Below, in pieces: positions 22,446-32,486 of a stretch of DNA of 64,000 nt (position 1 is its first letter; each line of letters starts with the position of its first letter). Below the pieces are notes generated by a model that did no database searches, was not told where the DNA came from, and saw only the letters and a list, made by a program, of their open reading frames with translations. This stretch comes from Priapulus caudatus (taxonomy: Eukaryota): positions 493,149-557,148 of the forward strand of contig NW_014577084.1 of assembly GCF_000485595.1 (NCBI RefSeq), read 5' to 3'. A program made the translations under genes and the position numbers.

Positions 22446-23300
22446 TGTAGTATCATAGTATAGTAGAGCGGTAGGTAGTACTAGTAGCGTGTGGTGGTGG
22501 TGGTGTGCGCGGCAGTCGAGGTGTGGTTGTGATGATGGATGATCGGTGGTGGTGGCGAGCATCGGTGGTGTTGGTGGTGGTAGTGCATGGTGGTGGCTGT
22601 GGTGGGGGGGGGGGGGTCGGTCGCGGCGTTGGTGGTGGTGGTATTGAATCGTGGTGGCTGTGGTGGTGGTGGTGATGGTGGTAGTGGCGGTGGTGTTGGT
22701 GGTGGTGGTAGTGCATGGTGGTGGCTGTGGTGGTGATGGTGGTGATGGTGGAGGCGGCGGTGGTGTTGGTGGTGGTGGTAGTGCATGGTGGTGGCTGTGG
22801 TGGTGATGGTGGTGATGGTGGTGATGGTGGAGGCGGCGGTGGTGTTGGTGGTGGTGGTAGTGCATGGTGGTGGCTGTGGTGGGGGGGGCGTCGCTTGCGG
22901 CGGCGGCGGTGGTGGGGGCTGTTATCTCGATTATATGTGTGATGACCGTGATGGTAGTGCTGTGATGTCGTGTGATGACGGTGATGTCGTGCGCGCCCAT
23001 CATTTATAGCGGGGTGCTGGTGGAAGTATACTTAGCCACTATATAAATTCTTCTTAAAACTCTTAGCACGCACGGCTGATAGCTAGCGTATTACTTACTG
23101 TCAGTCCCGCCCTCACGTCCTTCTCCTTCTCCTTCTCGTCTAGTAGGCGGTCTTCTGCCAGGTCTGCCAGGTGTTGAACCTTTTTCAGGTGGTCCTCTCC
23201 CTCTCCCTCCAGGAGGACCCTGGCTGTTCACGGTGACTACGACTAAGCATACTAACAGACCAACTAGAAATCGGTGATCCATGACACTGGTTCGCGCCAT
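53..23300 (-). CDS. Secreted multidomain Cys-rich protease-inhibitor-like protein (Kazal/WAP/thyroglobulin-1/antistasin/Kunitz/lustrin-like); 26 exons, 3' end lies beyond the window
   Basis: All exons listed below have AG acceptors and GT donors with matching phases. They join into one open frame of 4693 nt from the ATG at 23300. Confidence 0.85.
714..802. repeat. (TG)n/(TGCG)n microsatellite
   Basis: Directly visible in sequence. Confidence 0.95.
844..1032 (-). CDS. Inhibitor gene exon: lustrin/WR1-like six-Cys domain
   Basis: [51 protein letters not shown]; phase 1-1, 189 nt. Confidence 0.85.
1173..1412. repeat. (CAGTA)n pentanucleotide microsatellite
   Basis: Directly visible; accounts for the spurious QYSTV/LYCTV ORFs. 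Confidence 0.97.
1671..1863 (-). CDS. Inhibitor gene exon: WAP (four-disulphide core) domain
   Basis: [49 protein letters not shown]; 8 Cys; phase 0-1. Confidence 0.9.
4562..4713 (-). CDS. Inhibitor gene exon: Kunitz domain, main part (P1 Arg)
   Basis: [44 protein letters not shown]; phase 1-0. Confidence 0.92.
4912..4983 (-). CDS. Inhibitor gene exon: linker plus first Cys of the Kunitz domain
   Basis: [24 protein letters not shown]; supplies C1 with canonical 8-residue spacing to C2 in the next exon; 72 nt, phase 1-1. Confidence 0.82.
5304..5456 (-). CDS. Inhibitor gene exon: Kazal domain (P1 Arg)
   Basis: [45 protein letters not shown]; 153 nt, phase 1-1. Confidence 0.92.
6049..6231 (-). 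CDS. Inhibitor gene exon: lustrin/WR1-like six-Cys domain
   Basis: [46 protein letters not shown]; 183 nt, phase 1-1. Confidence 0.82.
6447..6611 (-). CDS. Inhibitor gene exon: WAP domain
   Basis: [47 protein letters not shown]; 165 nt. Confidence 0.9.
6825..6915 (-). CDS. Inhibitor gene exon: small Cys-rich module (follistatin-N-like, unassigned)
   Basis: [30 protein letters not shown]; phase 0-1. Confidence 0.85.
7153..7271 (-). CDS. Inhibitor gene exon: antistasin-like domain
   Basis: [37 protein letters not shown]; phase 1-0. Confidence 0.87.
7751..7978 (-). CDS. Inhibitor gene exon: thyroglobulin type-1 domain (six Cys)
   Basis: ACQ...[30 protein letters not shown]...LPTCP; 228 nt. 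Confidence 0.9.
8277..8453 (-). CDS. Inhibitor gene exon: WAP domain
   Basis: [47 protein letters not shown]; 177 nt. Confidence 0.9.
8754..8927 (-). CDS. Inhibitor gene exon: Kunitz domain (P1 Asp)
   Basis: [54 protein letters not shown]; 174 nt. Confidence 0.92.
9275..9445 (-). CDS. Inhibitor gene exon: Kunitz domain (P1 Leu)
   Basis: [57 protein letters not shown]; tandem CAGCAG acceptor. Confidence 0.92.
9540..9579. mobile_element. 40-bp TIR-only micro-element with 8-bp TSD
   Basis: Perfect 18-bp inverted repeat CAAGAGTAGATAATAACA around a 4-nt loop, flanked on both sides by ATCCTAAC. Confidence 0.85.
10204..10913 (-). CDS. Inhibitor gene exon: array of seven antistasin-like repeats
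   Basis: Repeated C-x4/5-C-x3-C-xx-G-x3-D-xx-GC-xx-C-x-C; first repeat is completed by the upstream exon; phase 2-1, 710 nt. Confidence 0.92.
11264..11453 (-). CDS. Inhibitor gene exon: six-Cys CIRAPC module plus start of an antistasin repeat
   Basis: [36 protein letters not shown]...THCTHRLCR; the phase-2 donor fits the next exon exactly. Confidence 0.85.
11480..11898 (-). mobile_element. LTR-like remnant
   Basis: Starts TGTTAC. Shares GTTACTAATAAAGTC.TAGTT.AACA.CGAA.CTG.GAC with the LTR-like element at 24586-25024. Boundaries are approximate. Confidence 0.5.
12084..12171 (-). CDS. Inhibitor gene exon: small Cys-rich CVRAPC module
   Basis: [29 protein letters not shown]; phase 0-1. Confidence 0.88.
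12484..12590 (-). CDS. Inhibitor gene exon: antistasin-like domain
   Basis: [33 protein letters not shown]; phase 1-0. Confidence 0.9.
12848..13060 (-). CDS. Inhibitor gene exon: thyroglobulin type-1 domain (four-Cys variant)
   Basis: ACH...[36 protein letters not shown]...PDC; 213 nt. Confidence 0.9.
13165..13223. repeat. Perfect 28-bp inverted repeat (hairpin, 3-nt loop)
   Basis: CGTTGAGAAAACTGACGTGGACAATAAT-aat-reverse complement. Confidence 0.9.
13795..13956 (-). CDS. Inhibitor gene exon: WAP domain
   Basis: [46 protein letters not shown]; 162 nt. Confidence 0.9.
15436..15597 (-). CDS. Inhibitor gene exon: Kazal domain (P1 His)
   Basis: [44 protein letters not shown]; 162 nt. Confidence 0.92.
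16026..16187 (-). CDS. Inhibitor gene exon: Kazal domain (P1 Ala)
   Basis: [27 protein letters not shown]...EGECQ; 162 nt. Confidence 0.92.
16616..16777 (-). CDS. Inhibitor gene exon: Kazal domain (P1 Ala)
   Basis: [44 protein letters not shown]; 162 nt. Confidence 0.92.
17128..17289 (-). CDS. Inhibitor gene exon: Kazal domain (P1 Ala)
   Basis: [44 protein letters not shown]; 162 nt. Confidence 0.92.
17372..17615. repeat. Compound (ATT/ATC/ACC)n trinucleotide repeat
   Basis: Directly visible; intronic. Confidence 0.9.
17640..17789 (-). CDS. Inhibitor gene exon: Kazal domain (P1 Gln)
   Basis: [45 protein letters not shown]; 150 nt. Confidence 0.9.
17951..18055 (-). other. Truncated duplicate Kazal exon (five Cys); pseudo-exon or optional cassette exon
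   Basis: Part of a tandem duplication, 17686-17951 / 17952-18205; open frame, AG acceptor and a junction-created GTAAG donor. Confidence 0.65.
18531..18736. repeat. 52-bp minisatellite rich in CAATTG palindromes
   Basis: Units start at 18531, 18583, 18635 (32-bp deleted form) and 18667. Confidence 0.9.
18889..19671. mobile_element. Non-autonomous hAT-like element
   Basis: TIRs CAGGGGCGGATTAA / TTAATCCGGCACTG; 8-bp TSD CCTACTGC on both sides. Confidence 0.88.
20800..20970. repeat. (TG)n/(TGCG)n microsatellite
   Basis: Directly visible. Confidence 0.92.
22290..22915. repeat. (GTA)n followed by compound (GGT)n repeat with a recurring GGTAGTGCATGGTGGTGGCTGTGG unit
   Basis: Directly visible; accounts for the poly-T/H/P ORFs. 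Confidence 0.92.
23099..23300 (-). CDS. Inhibitor gene exon 1: signal peptide plus Gly/Pro/Arg-rich segment
   Basis: [38 protein letters not shown]...; donor A|GTAAGT, phase 1. Confidence 0.82.
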
Positions 23301-23422
23301 CGTGTAGACGTCTGCGCTCAGGGTCGCTACGCGAGTCTACGAGAGACTAAAGCGTGCCAAACCGCGATTCTGAGTCTGCTCGTCCACCCACTAGTGCCAC
23401 TTGAGAGCATCCGCAGCAGGTC

Positions 23423-23430
23423 TTTATATA
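23423..23430 (-). promoter_or_regulatory. TATA box of the inhibitor gene
   Basis: TATATAAA about 30 nt upstream of an initiator-like TCAAGT (~23400) and about 125 nt upstream of the ATG. Confidence 0.65.
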
Positions 23431-24585
23431 GGGATACTCCATCCGTCACGCTACGGATAACATAGACGGTCCCAAGTCTACGTTGATGATATAGTGGGTC
23501 TACCGCGTATGTGCGTGAGGGGAACGGGAAACTGCTGGCTTATGCTCGTCACTCATCTAGTTATATACGTACCTGGCGACAGCGGTATGCCTGCGTATCT
23601 TCTTGTGGTTGTTCGGACGTATACTAGGTTCCACAAACACGTCAAATGAAAACATGCTACTAATACAATTGTAACAGTGCGGCGCGTAGAGTTTGTAATT
23701 AGTAAAAGTATTGTATAAGAATCATACGTGATTTTTGTGTGCGTAGCCGTCAAGGTAGCAATGCAAGCCGTAAATGTGAAACAACATGTTTACACCGCGT
23801 TGGTGCACTCGTAGGCAGACTATTGTTGTATGGTACACTGAAATTAACCAGGAGCGCTCTAGCCAAGCGAGGCAGTGGAACTAATTGGCCTGTGTTTTGG
23901 CCTGGTGGTTCGTTGTTGTTTTGGTAATGACGCGGTAGGTACGGTCTTAGATATATGCGTAGCTTCACGCGTCTCCTAGCCCCGGCGAAGAACCGGTTGG
24001 ATACAAAAGTCGCCGGGGATTTTTGGGAATCATATAAATAGACACGCTCGGACAGACAGAAAGGGGCTATTACCCAGAAGAGATACGGCGATGTTTATTA
24101 AACAAAGAGTTGGCTATGGATATGTGTTTACGATGTAGCTTAATTATAGCCGGTCCTATCGGTATTTTATGTTTCGTCGTTTGTTGCTTGTTTTCCTTTG
24201 ATTAACAGATTTACTAACGTGTTTTACGCGGTAAGATGTATCCTTGTCTCGCTCACATTCCTAGCCTTTCCATGCCGATTCGAGTTGAGTTACCGTTGCA
24301 GACTGTCGACCCCTTCTTGTGATACGAAAACTGATCATTTTCACTAGACAGCTGCAACAATATCCCCCTCAATTCGTTTCAAAACCGAACATTCCATCCC
24401 TTCTCTGCCCCAAGGATTTACCTCACCATCATGCCTTAGACGAACGTTTTTTAACTTTTAGTTTTTTTTGCATAACTGTATTTTCGTGGGGACACGAATT
24501 CTTTCAAGAAGGAAGGAAGGATTGTTGTATTGTAGAACTGGGCTAATTAGGACTTGCGTCTATACGTCTAACCCTGGCTAGTTAC

Positions 24586-25024
24586 TGTTGTTTTGTTGAT
24601 AACATGGGACGTATGCTCGTGTATATATACCTAGCCCTACCGCGCACCCTAACGATTACAGACAATTGCGCGTTAATATGTCACTAATAGTAGAAGCTGC
24701 GGGGAGAAACTGGTTAGGATTGTGGGGCGTCCGGACGCTTTTAAGAAGCGTATAAATAGACGCTCGGGGCGACGCAAGACAGGAACCAAGTTACGGAGTA
24801 CCTTAGTACGTGGACCATTCAAGATGTAGCGACGAAACAGAAGTGACGGGACCTAGTTAGGTTGCCGTATGTATGTATATATTTTGTATGTGTTACTAAT
24901 AAAGTCATAGTTCAACAACGAAGCTGTGACTACGTCTACTGGTTATCTCTGCTATCAACGCTGCCACCTTCTACGCTGTCGACCTACGAGAACCCGAAGG
25001 CCTAATCGCTTTCGCAGTACAACA
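24586..25024 (+). mobile_element. Solo-LTR-like element
   Basis: TGTTGT...ACAACA termini, internal TATAAATA (24751) and AATAAA (24898). A related fragment lies near 23910-24100. No clear TSD. Confidence 0.6.
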
Positions 25025-26446
25025 CTATACTAGCCTATGTGTGAACGCCTGAATATGGCCTTGCCGATTTGGTATGATTGACGTATTTAGCATCAAACGG
25101 ACCTTTACGCGTGAAAACGGATGGATGTCTTTTTATCGTATCGTTATCGTATTTTATCGTGCAGTGGGAGGCACTGTCCAACCCGGAGCTTTATATATTA
25201 TTCCCTTGCACGAGTGGGCGACAGCAAATACTCCGCATAGACAAAATACTGACGGTGCATGTGCTATGCATGACCACGTAGACAAATCCTAATAATCCTC
25301 ATAATTATAGGTATCTTTTTTGCTAGTTTGAACACTGGGTATATTAAAATTTGAGTAACGTCCGTAATCGTGGAAGATTGAGCAAGTCACTCTTTCGCAA
25401 ATAAAAAAAACATCTAGTAATGAACCATGATTACTGAAACGAAGCTAGTAAAATTATTCCTCGACGTAGCAAAGCAATCATGGAAATCGAGGTATTGAAT
25501 AAAATGTAGTCTTTACTATCGATCCAAAGCTATTCAACTTTTATTCGGTTCTACCTCGATCGTGTCAGAGCAAAGGTGTCAAAGGAAGGGCGCGCACTGA
25601 GAACTAATTGTTGTGCGCGAAGCCTCTTCAAAGGTTTTATAGGCATGTGCCGTTGCTATAAATGTAGCTCTGGAGAGGCACGGCATTTATTTAGACGACT
25701 TGATGTCAATTCATATAGTTCACGTTAATGGGTCGTTTTTGTCACACGTACCCAGCGCCTCTGCGCTTCAACGCTTAAATCAACTTGCGTAGGTGGACGA
25801 GAACAGTAGAGGCCTAGCGATATTTACATTGTGCCGTTGTGAAAAGCTTTGCAAATCACAAAAGAGCATCCTGGTCGAAATTGCACGTATACTTATGTTA
25901 TGCGATAATTGCAAGCCACTTTGAGATGTGGAGAGTAAAAGGCGTTACCACTAATGCGACAAGAGTCAACAGTGCGCTCCGCTAGCTATAGCTTCAATTC
26001 AACGCAAATATATGTAAAGATGAAACTTATCACGAACTTGTATTTCTCGGTAGTTGATTCAGTTTCAGACGAACCCGGTCGCGGTTTCTCGCTCACCCGT
26101 TGCGCTTGAACCATAGAACTCCTCTACTGGGCACACGGACGCATACAGCCACGATTGCGGATTATATAAGACCGTATGGAGAAGGAAATGTGACGTGAAA
26201 TGTCGTACATTAGTAGGAACATGTGCCTATTCTCTGGAAAATTTTGCCGTGTTCGCTTGGTAACTCGCAATTTGCGACAGTTAGGTGCATTCAATGGAAA
26301 GCGTGGACAGGATAACGCACTCTATGAATATTAAAACAACAAAAAGTTGACTGATACCCTGCTTCAATATGGTACTGGCAGGGTTGTTCTTCGTCATTCT
26401 TCTACGTAATAACGATCTCCATGTTTAGATAACCATTGGGTGGTAC

Positions 26447-26483
26447 CAAGAGCGCATTAACCCCGCGCGTTAACGCGCTCTTG
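26447..26483. mobile_element. 37-bp TIR-only micro-element with 7-bp TSD
   Basis: CAAGAGCGCATTAAC...GTTAACGCGCTCTTG flanked by GTGGTAC. Confidence 0.8.
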
Positions 26484-29009
26484 GTGGTACGTACCTCGTG
26501 CCAGGTTGTAAGTATATCAACGAAGAGACCATTCGTTTAATACATTCAAGAAGCATTGGCGTGGCGATTGGTTGGCAATCGATGCCAATACCATTGATCC
26601 ATTACATATAACAAGATTTCACATACTATTCAATGACATTGTCATAATGAAGAATGAACCTAAATAACCTTTTTAACACTTGTTCGCTCGTTGTTTAACA
26701 TATCACAATCATAGAACGATTGCTGAATGTTCAAAATAATCCACACAATGACCTCCCAGAATCCCCCGTAGATTAGTAGCCTTCGTAACTCCACAAGAAT
26801 GCGCATGTCACCAGACACTGTAATAAATTTTATTAGTTTAAATATTATTAAAATTTATAGCAAAAATATCGTTTAGCGCTTGCGGAGTTTTGCGCATCGT
26901 ATAAATTCTCTGATTGAAACTATATGATTAATACAAATCTGCAAGGAAGGGAGCTTCAAGCACACGTACTGCGCGATGGAATGTGTGGAAAAACATTTCA
27001 AGGGAAGAACTGTTTACTTTTCACGTTTATCATGTTTAACGATCTGTAACTACATGAAATGATTTTGCGCATGTACAGACCAAGATTGCCAATTTAGCGA
27101 ACAAATGCAAACGCGTTCGTTGTATGGCACACACAGAAGTCTCATATTATCATATATTAAAACTGCTTAATATTGTCAATGTACGTCGGCGGCAAACAGA
27201 CAAAATACGTCTCGCGTGCGTTAGACACAATAGGTATACCGGTGAGACATGTTGATAATGCAGCTCGGGTATTTTTCTCGGAACCGTTTCTCTTTGCCGT
27301 AAAAAGCAATTTCTGTTCCACGCTGAGCTCGCCCACACGACTTTGACACGGTTCGTTACACCTTAAAACTTGGTATCTCCGGCGAGGTCCGCCCACTGTT
27401 TGTTCAATTTCAGGAGCCTATAGCGAAGTAGGTCAATCCGGCTGTCCCGGAGAGCCTTGATTTACGTTTATTATGATAAGGGATTTATTCTCATTCCTCC
27501 GACTCATTTGTGTTTCGCGCAGTCAAACTGGTATCTGAGACAGAACCACTCCCATCATCGGTAAACCACTCGAGGCGACACTCGCAACAGCCATGCATAT
27601 TCGTATGTCATTGGTTAACCTCCACAGTTAGCCAATTATCAATTTCATCAGATCTACTTCTGATTTCATTCACACGTTTTTATCCCGTCTCTATAACCAA
27701 CCATGTTTAAAATGGTTTTTAAACGACTCATCAACCACCATAGGTTAAAAAAAAGTACTAGACGTGGTATCGAAATTATCACACGGGAAATATTAATACA
27801 TCTTTTATGGGAAGATAAGGAAGGAGGAAAATTAGAGGGAAGAGGAGGAACGGTGTATCAGACGAGCAAGCATGCAAGAGGGACGAACGAGATGCGACGA
27901 AATCGGATAAAGGAAAAAAAATGTAGAAGTAAGGAGTGACGGAGGAAGATTTAAGAAGGGGAGCCAAAGAGGAGGGGGGGTGAGAGAAGCAAAGTACATA
28001 GATGATAGGAAGATGAATATCTTCGTGCAAGCGATAGCTGCGACACCGTCTGGGAAAATGATGATTTACTGCACATACAACTCGTGCACGTGTGAGAGCG
28101 AACCCGCGTGCATGTTTCATTATAAAGTCCCCGGATAAAATTACATGGTATATCATTGTTATATAACAGAAATAGGAAGACTTATTAACCCCCACCAGTG
28201 CTGCCACTCAGGATATTACAAAAAAAGTATAAATTCTGTCCAGAAAAAAGTTTCAAAATTGCCTAAAAAAAGAATAAATTTGTACCAACCTACCTACCAT
28301 GATTTGTTACCAATTATACCTCATTACCGAATACATTATAGCCTATGTGCAGCATGTGAACAAGCTTTAGGAATGATGTGTGCAATGTCATGAGGAGTTC
28401 TCTTGAACTCTCAGTTTGGAATATTTCAATGCAGTGTTTCCCTTGGCCAGAAAAAGGTCTGTAAGGCGGTAAATGTTTGTGTAGCGTGTTTGTGTGTTGC
28501 GAGGTCCTAGCACAGTGAGCAGTGGATGTGCTTGGCCAGCTAGGGAGGTCAGGGGGCATGCTCCTCCAGGAAATTTTTGAAAAAATGGTGCAATTTGGTG
28601 CATTCTAAGCTATTCTGGACACATTGTATGAGACTCTTGAATCTCTTTTTCAAGTTATCAGAAGTTTCGTCAGCGAGGCGGTGCTTTGGACAAATTTCTG
28701 TGTGGCGGCTGAGAATTTGAGCGAGGCGGCCCGCCTTGCTCGTGTCAATGCAGGGGAAACACTGCAATGGTCTGTCATTTGGTCACTGACAGCAGAGAGC
28801 TGAGAGCAAAAATACTCCAATGAACAGAGCACGTGCATCACTCCTGCAACAAGACTAGCAAACCACATTTTTAATCTCATCAAATAGAGTGTACCTATTT
28901 CTAAGTCCGAAGAGCTTTGACCATCTTTGGCAAAAAAGTATTTAAAAGTATTAATGCATGAAAAAGTATAAAAAGTATATTTTCTTTAAAAAAATGTATA
29001 ATACTTTAA

Positions 29010-29585
29010 AGGGACAGTAGCCTCTAGGATTTTACTGCATAACAAATCGTCTATACCCACACGTATTTGTTACCAGATACCTAATTTAATTGTTATAATT
29101 AATTACACATCAAGGCTACGAAATTTGAACGGCGCCATGACACCCGCGACCGTGCTGCCACCTCGAAAAAGTTGCGTATTTGACAATTTATTTTGCACGT
29201 TACAGGCCGTGGGCTAATCACAAAAGTGCAATTATATTTATACCTAAATGCTATTTAACCGAACGATATTCATTTTAGGGCAAATTTATCCATATTATAA
29301 CTGAAACTATATGTCGTTTATAAGATATTACAATCCTTTTGCTTTTAAATGAATAAAAAAGAAACACCCTCGGTCTGTAGCCCTTGGCTGGAAAGTGGTT
29401 TTGCGCAACTTATCAGATCATGCGCTTTGAGTGGCGCCACCGTCGTTGTAATCAAACTGTAGTCGTTAGTTTTAAAACATTAAAAAAATTATTTATAATG
29501 GTGATTGAACCATGAAACTTTTTATGTAGCGTAATTATAACCTAAATTAGCTGAAAATAATCCTAGAACCTAGAGTAAACTGCAC
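29010..29585. mobile_element. Kolobok-like non-autonomous element
   Basis: TTAA|AGGGACAGT terminus; related inverted copies at ~31500-31789, ~57300-57740 and ~60670-61946. Confidence 0.65.
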
Positions 29586-29885
29586 CGGTATATATGGCCT
29601 TTCCGCTTATCCTGCGAACCCTGCTACTTCCCAGGTATTGTTAACACACACGTGCCTGCGCGGACAACTATAGGAGGATATCACAAGTTTTAATGCAAGG
29701 TTTGGCATTAGTAATACAGTAACAATAGAACATCAAGGATTTACTATATACAGATAATTATACTCCTCTAGCTACAGGATTGCCATCACTTCTAGCAAGA
29801 GCAAAATAAAAGATATTAGTAATGTGCACTTTTTCTTGATGGTCTTTACTTATAATATGCGTGAATGGGCTAGTAGCCTAGTAGA

Positions 29886-31212
29886 ATAAACAAGTGCCGC
29901 GGAGCGACAGCGCTCATCTAACGTCTACTGCGGTGACTCTGTGGTGGAGTGGTGGGATTCTAGTAAACCCTGTTAGTCCCAAATGTGTTCACATACGCGC
30001 CAAAACAGTTAAAGGCACAGGGATGGTATCAGAAACCTTGTCAAAGGAATGTTCGTTGGGATCGTTATGAAAGTTGCCACGAGATGGCGCGTACGTTTGA
30101 ATGTCTTAAGATTAAAGATGTAGTATAGCAACAACTATTTGCAAGACAGAATAGGTAAGCACTTATCCATTTACCTACGCAAGCCTACAGGCTCAAATAG
30201 AGAGCTGCCACCTGTAACTAATTAACGCAGGCAAAAACTACACAGTACTACCACCATTACGTGCATGCACTGGCAGTGGCCACTGGCAGTGGCATACAGT
30301 TACATGTAACACACTGACAGTACAGAATGCCATAGAAATTATACGATTTAAGGAGCATAAACATTCTTCANNNNNNNNNNCCTCCCCTAAATCCGCCACT
30401 GTATCTGCAGTGACATCGCTTTAACATTAGCTTCGCACAAACTATGTAACGAACTACGTTTACACAGTATATCAACAGAAGGCACAGGGATGGTATCAGG
30501 AACCTTCTCAAAGGAATGTTCTTTGGGATCGTTATGAAAGTTGCCGCGAGATGGCGCGTACGTTAAGTGTCTTAAGATTAAATATGGAAGCTCCCATCGT
30601 ACGTAGTAGCAACAACTATTTGCAAGACAGAATAGGTAAGCACTCATCCATTTACCTACGCAAGCCTACAGGCTGAAATAGAGAGCTGCCACCTGTAACT
30701 AATTAATGCAGGCAAAAACTACACAGTACTATCACCACCACATGCACTGGCAGTGGCCACTGGCAGTGGCATACAGTTACAAGTAACACACTGACAGTAC
30801 AGAATGCCATAGAAATTATACGATTTAAGGAGCATAAACCTTCTTCAACCAAATTTAGCTTTTGAAAATTCAAGTTTTTCAATCGCTCCGTCAGATCATG
30901 TCCTCAGAAAATGTCTAAAATCTGCCCTGTGCCCCATTGACCTTTGACCTCCAATTTCGGCACAGTGATGGCTTTTCCTAACATGATGCTATACACCGAC
31001 TATCACGAGCCTAGGTCGAGCCGTTTAGATTTGTGCCGCAATTCTGCATTTCCTCCCTATACCTTAAGTTAAGGAGGGAATGTTCCCCCTTCTTTTACAC
31101 CTCTTGACCTTTGAACCCCAGCTTCGACATCCCAACTCGTTTTCGGATTACCCCCCCACGTCCCGAATATCGTGACCGTACGTCGAGCGGTTAAGATTTG
31201 CCCAACTGTTGA

Positions 31213-31260
<48 letters not shown>

Positions 31261-31310
31261 CGATCATGCGATTCTACAAGCTGAATCCGACTACGTCAGA
31301 TGAGCTAATA
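29886..31310. mobile_element. Helentron-associated non-autonomous element (HINE/DINE-1/Pearl-like), spanning a 10-N gap
   Basis: AACAAG start, TGACCTTTGACCT motifs, (ACGC)n microsatellite, terminal stem-loop and GAGCTAA end; other copies at 45218-45512 and ~61975-63150. Confidence 0.7.
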
Positions 31311-31885
31311 AATGAAGGATATCCTAATGCAAAGAAATTAGCTGAAGCTAGTGGGGCAGTTGCACCCCGAAGAGATATTTAGATGCATTACAGTCACTGG
31401 CAGTCATCTTTCCAGAAGAAAAACTGCAATAACCTTCTCATATTCCTTAAAGAAACCCATTACACTAGGTTCATTGAAAATGTTCAGTTAAAATAGGCTA
31501 ACATAACGCTAAATAATGTTTTATGGCTCAATATTCATTAGAAATAATTTCAAATGTTTTAAAACTGGCCGGCTATACCATTGCTTGCAACGACGGTGGC
31601 GACACTGGGATCGCATCCACTGAAAAGGTTGCACAAAGCAGCGTTTCGGCTGCAGGCTACAGACCGAGGGTGTTTCTTGTTTATTAATTTAAGAGGAGAA
31701 GGATTGCAATATCTTATAAACGACACTTAGTTTCAGTTATAATATGGCCGAATTTGTAAAAATCTAAAATTCTAGGGGAAAGTATCCCTTTAAAACATTA
31801 TGTGAATAAACAGTGATTAATGATCTAACACAGGCTAATGCAGTTTTCTCAGTTACATGCACACAAGTACAATGTTTGCATGTAC

Positions 31886-31962
31886 CAGGGAGTCTATAAT
31901 AGGCCCCCCAATAATAATAGGTCTATAATAGGTCTATAATAGCCTATTATATAGACTCCCTG
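31886..31962. mobile_element. 77-bp micro-MITE with 7-bp TSD
   Basis: TIRs CAGGGAGTCTATA / TATAGACTCCCTG; TSD CATGTAC. Confidence 0.82.
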
Positions 31963-32253
31963 CATGTACATAGTACCTGTACATGGAACGTATTGTATAT
32001 GACTAGTTTTATGCTTCAGTGTATTTTTTGTATGTTTGTTTAAAACCCTATTTTTACTTGTTATTTTCTGGTTAATGTATGATAAAAGTTGAAGTAAAAT
32101 AGTGTTCAGAGCAGCATTTTAAACATGTCTGTATGCATAACCAGACTAGAACAAATATCCCCCCATTTATCTTTCTTTTTTTTAATGATTAGAGGCTATA
32201 AACGCATGTTGCAAAACACGAGGAAAATCATCAAAAGCACAACTTAATTCTTA

Positions 32254-32458
32254 AACTGCGTTTACACTATCGATTTTTGTCAGCAAATCGTCCCGATTTC
32301 AAGTGCATTCCAATTTGCCCCCGACTTGACCCAAGTGCATTCCAAGAAATTCGATTGTGTTGGAGTCGGAGTCAAGTCGCCGAGTTGGAGAAATAGAACG
32401 TGTTCTATTTGGCACGACTCGGACGATTTGCTGACAAAAATCTAGTGTAAACGCAGCA
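32254..32458. mobile_element. PIF/Harbinger-like MITE
   Basis: ~40-bp TIRs CTGCGTTTACACTA..GATTTTTGTCAGCAAATCGTCC; TAA/TTA flanks. Confidence 0.7.
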
Positions 32459-32486
32459 TTAATATGCATACTAAGCTCCAATTTAA

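Noticed and set aside
22278..23009. 241-aa His/Pro/Thr-rich ORF
   Set aside because: Trinucleotide repeat DNA within intron 1, with no splice-compatible boundaries.
30018..30850. ~350-bp direct repeat either side of the 10-N gap
   Set aside because: Near-identical copies flank a gap, so overlapping contig ends or two haplotypes are more likely than a true duplication.
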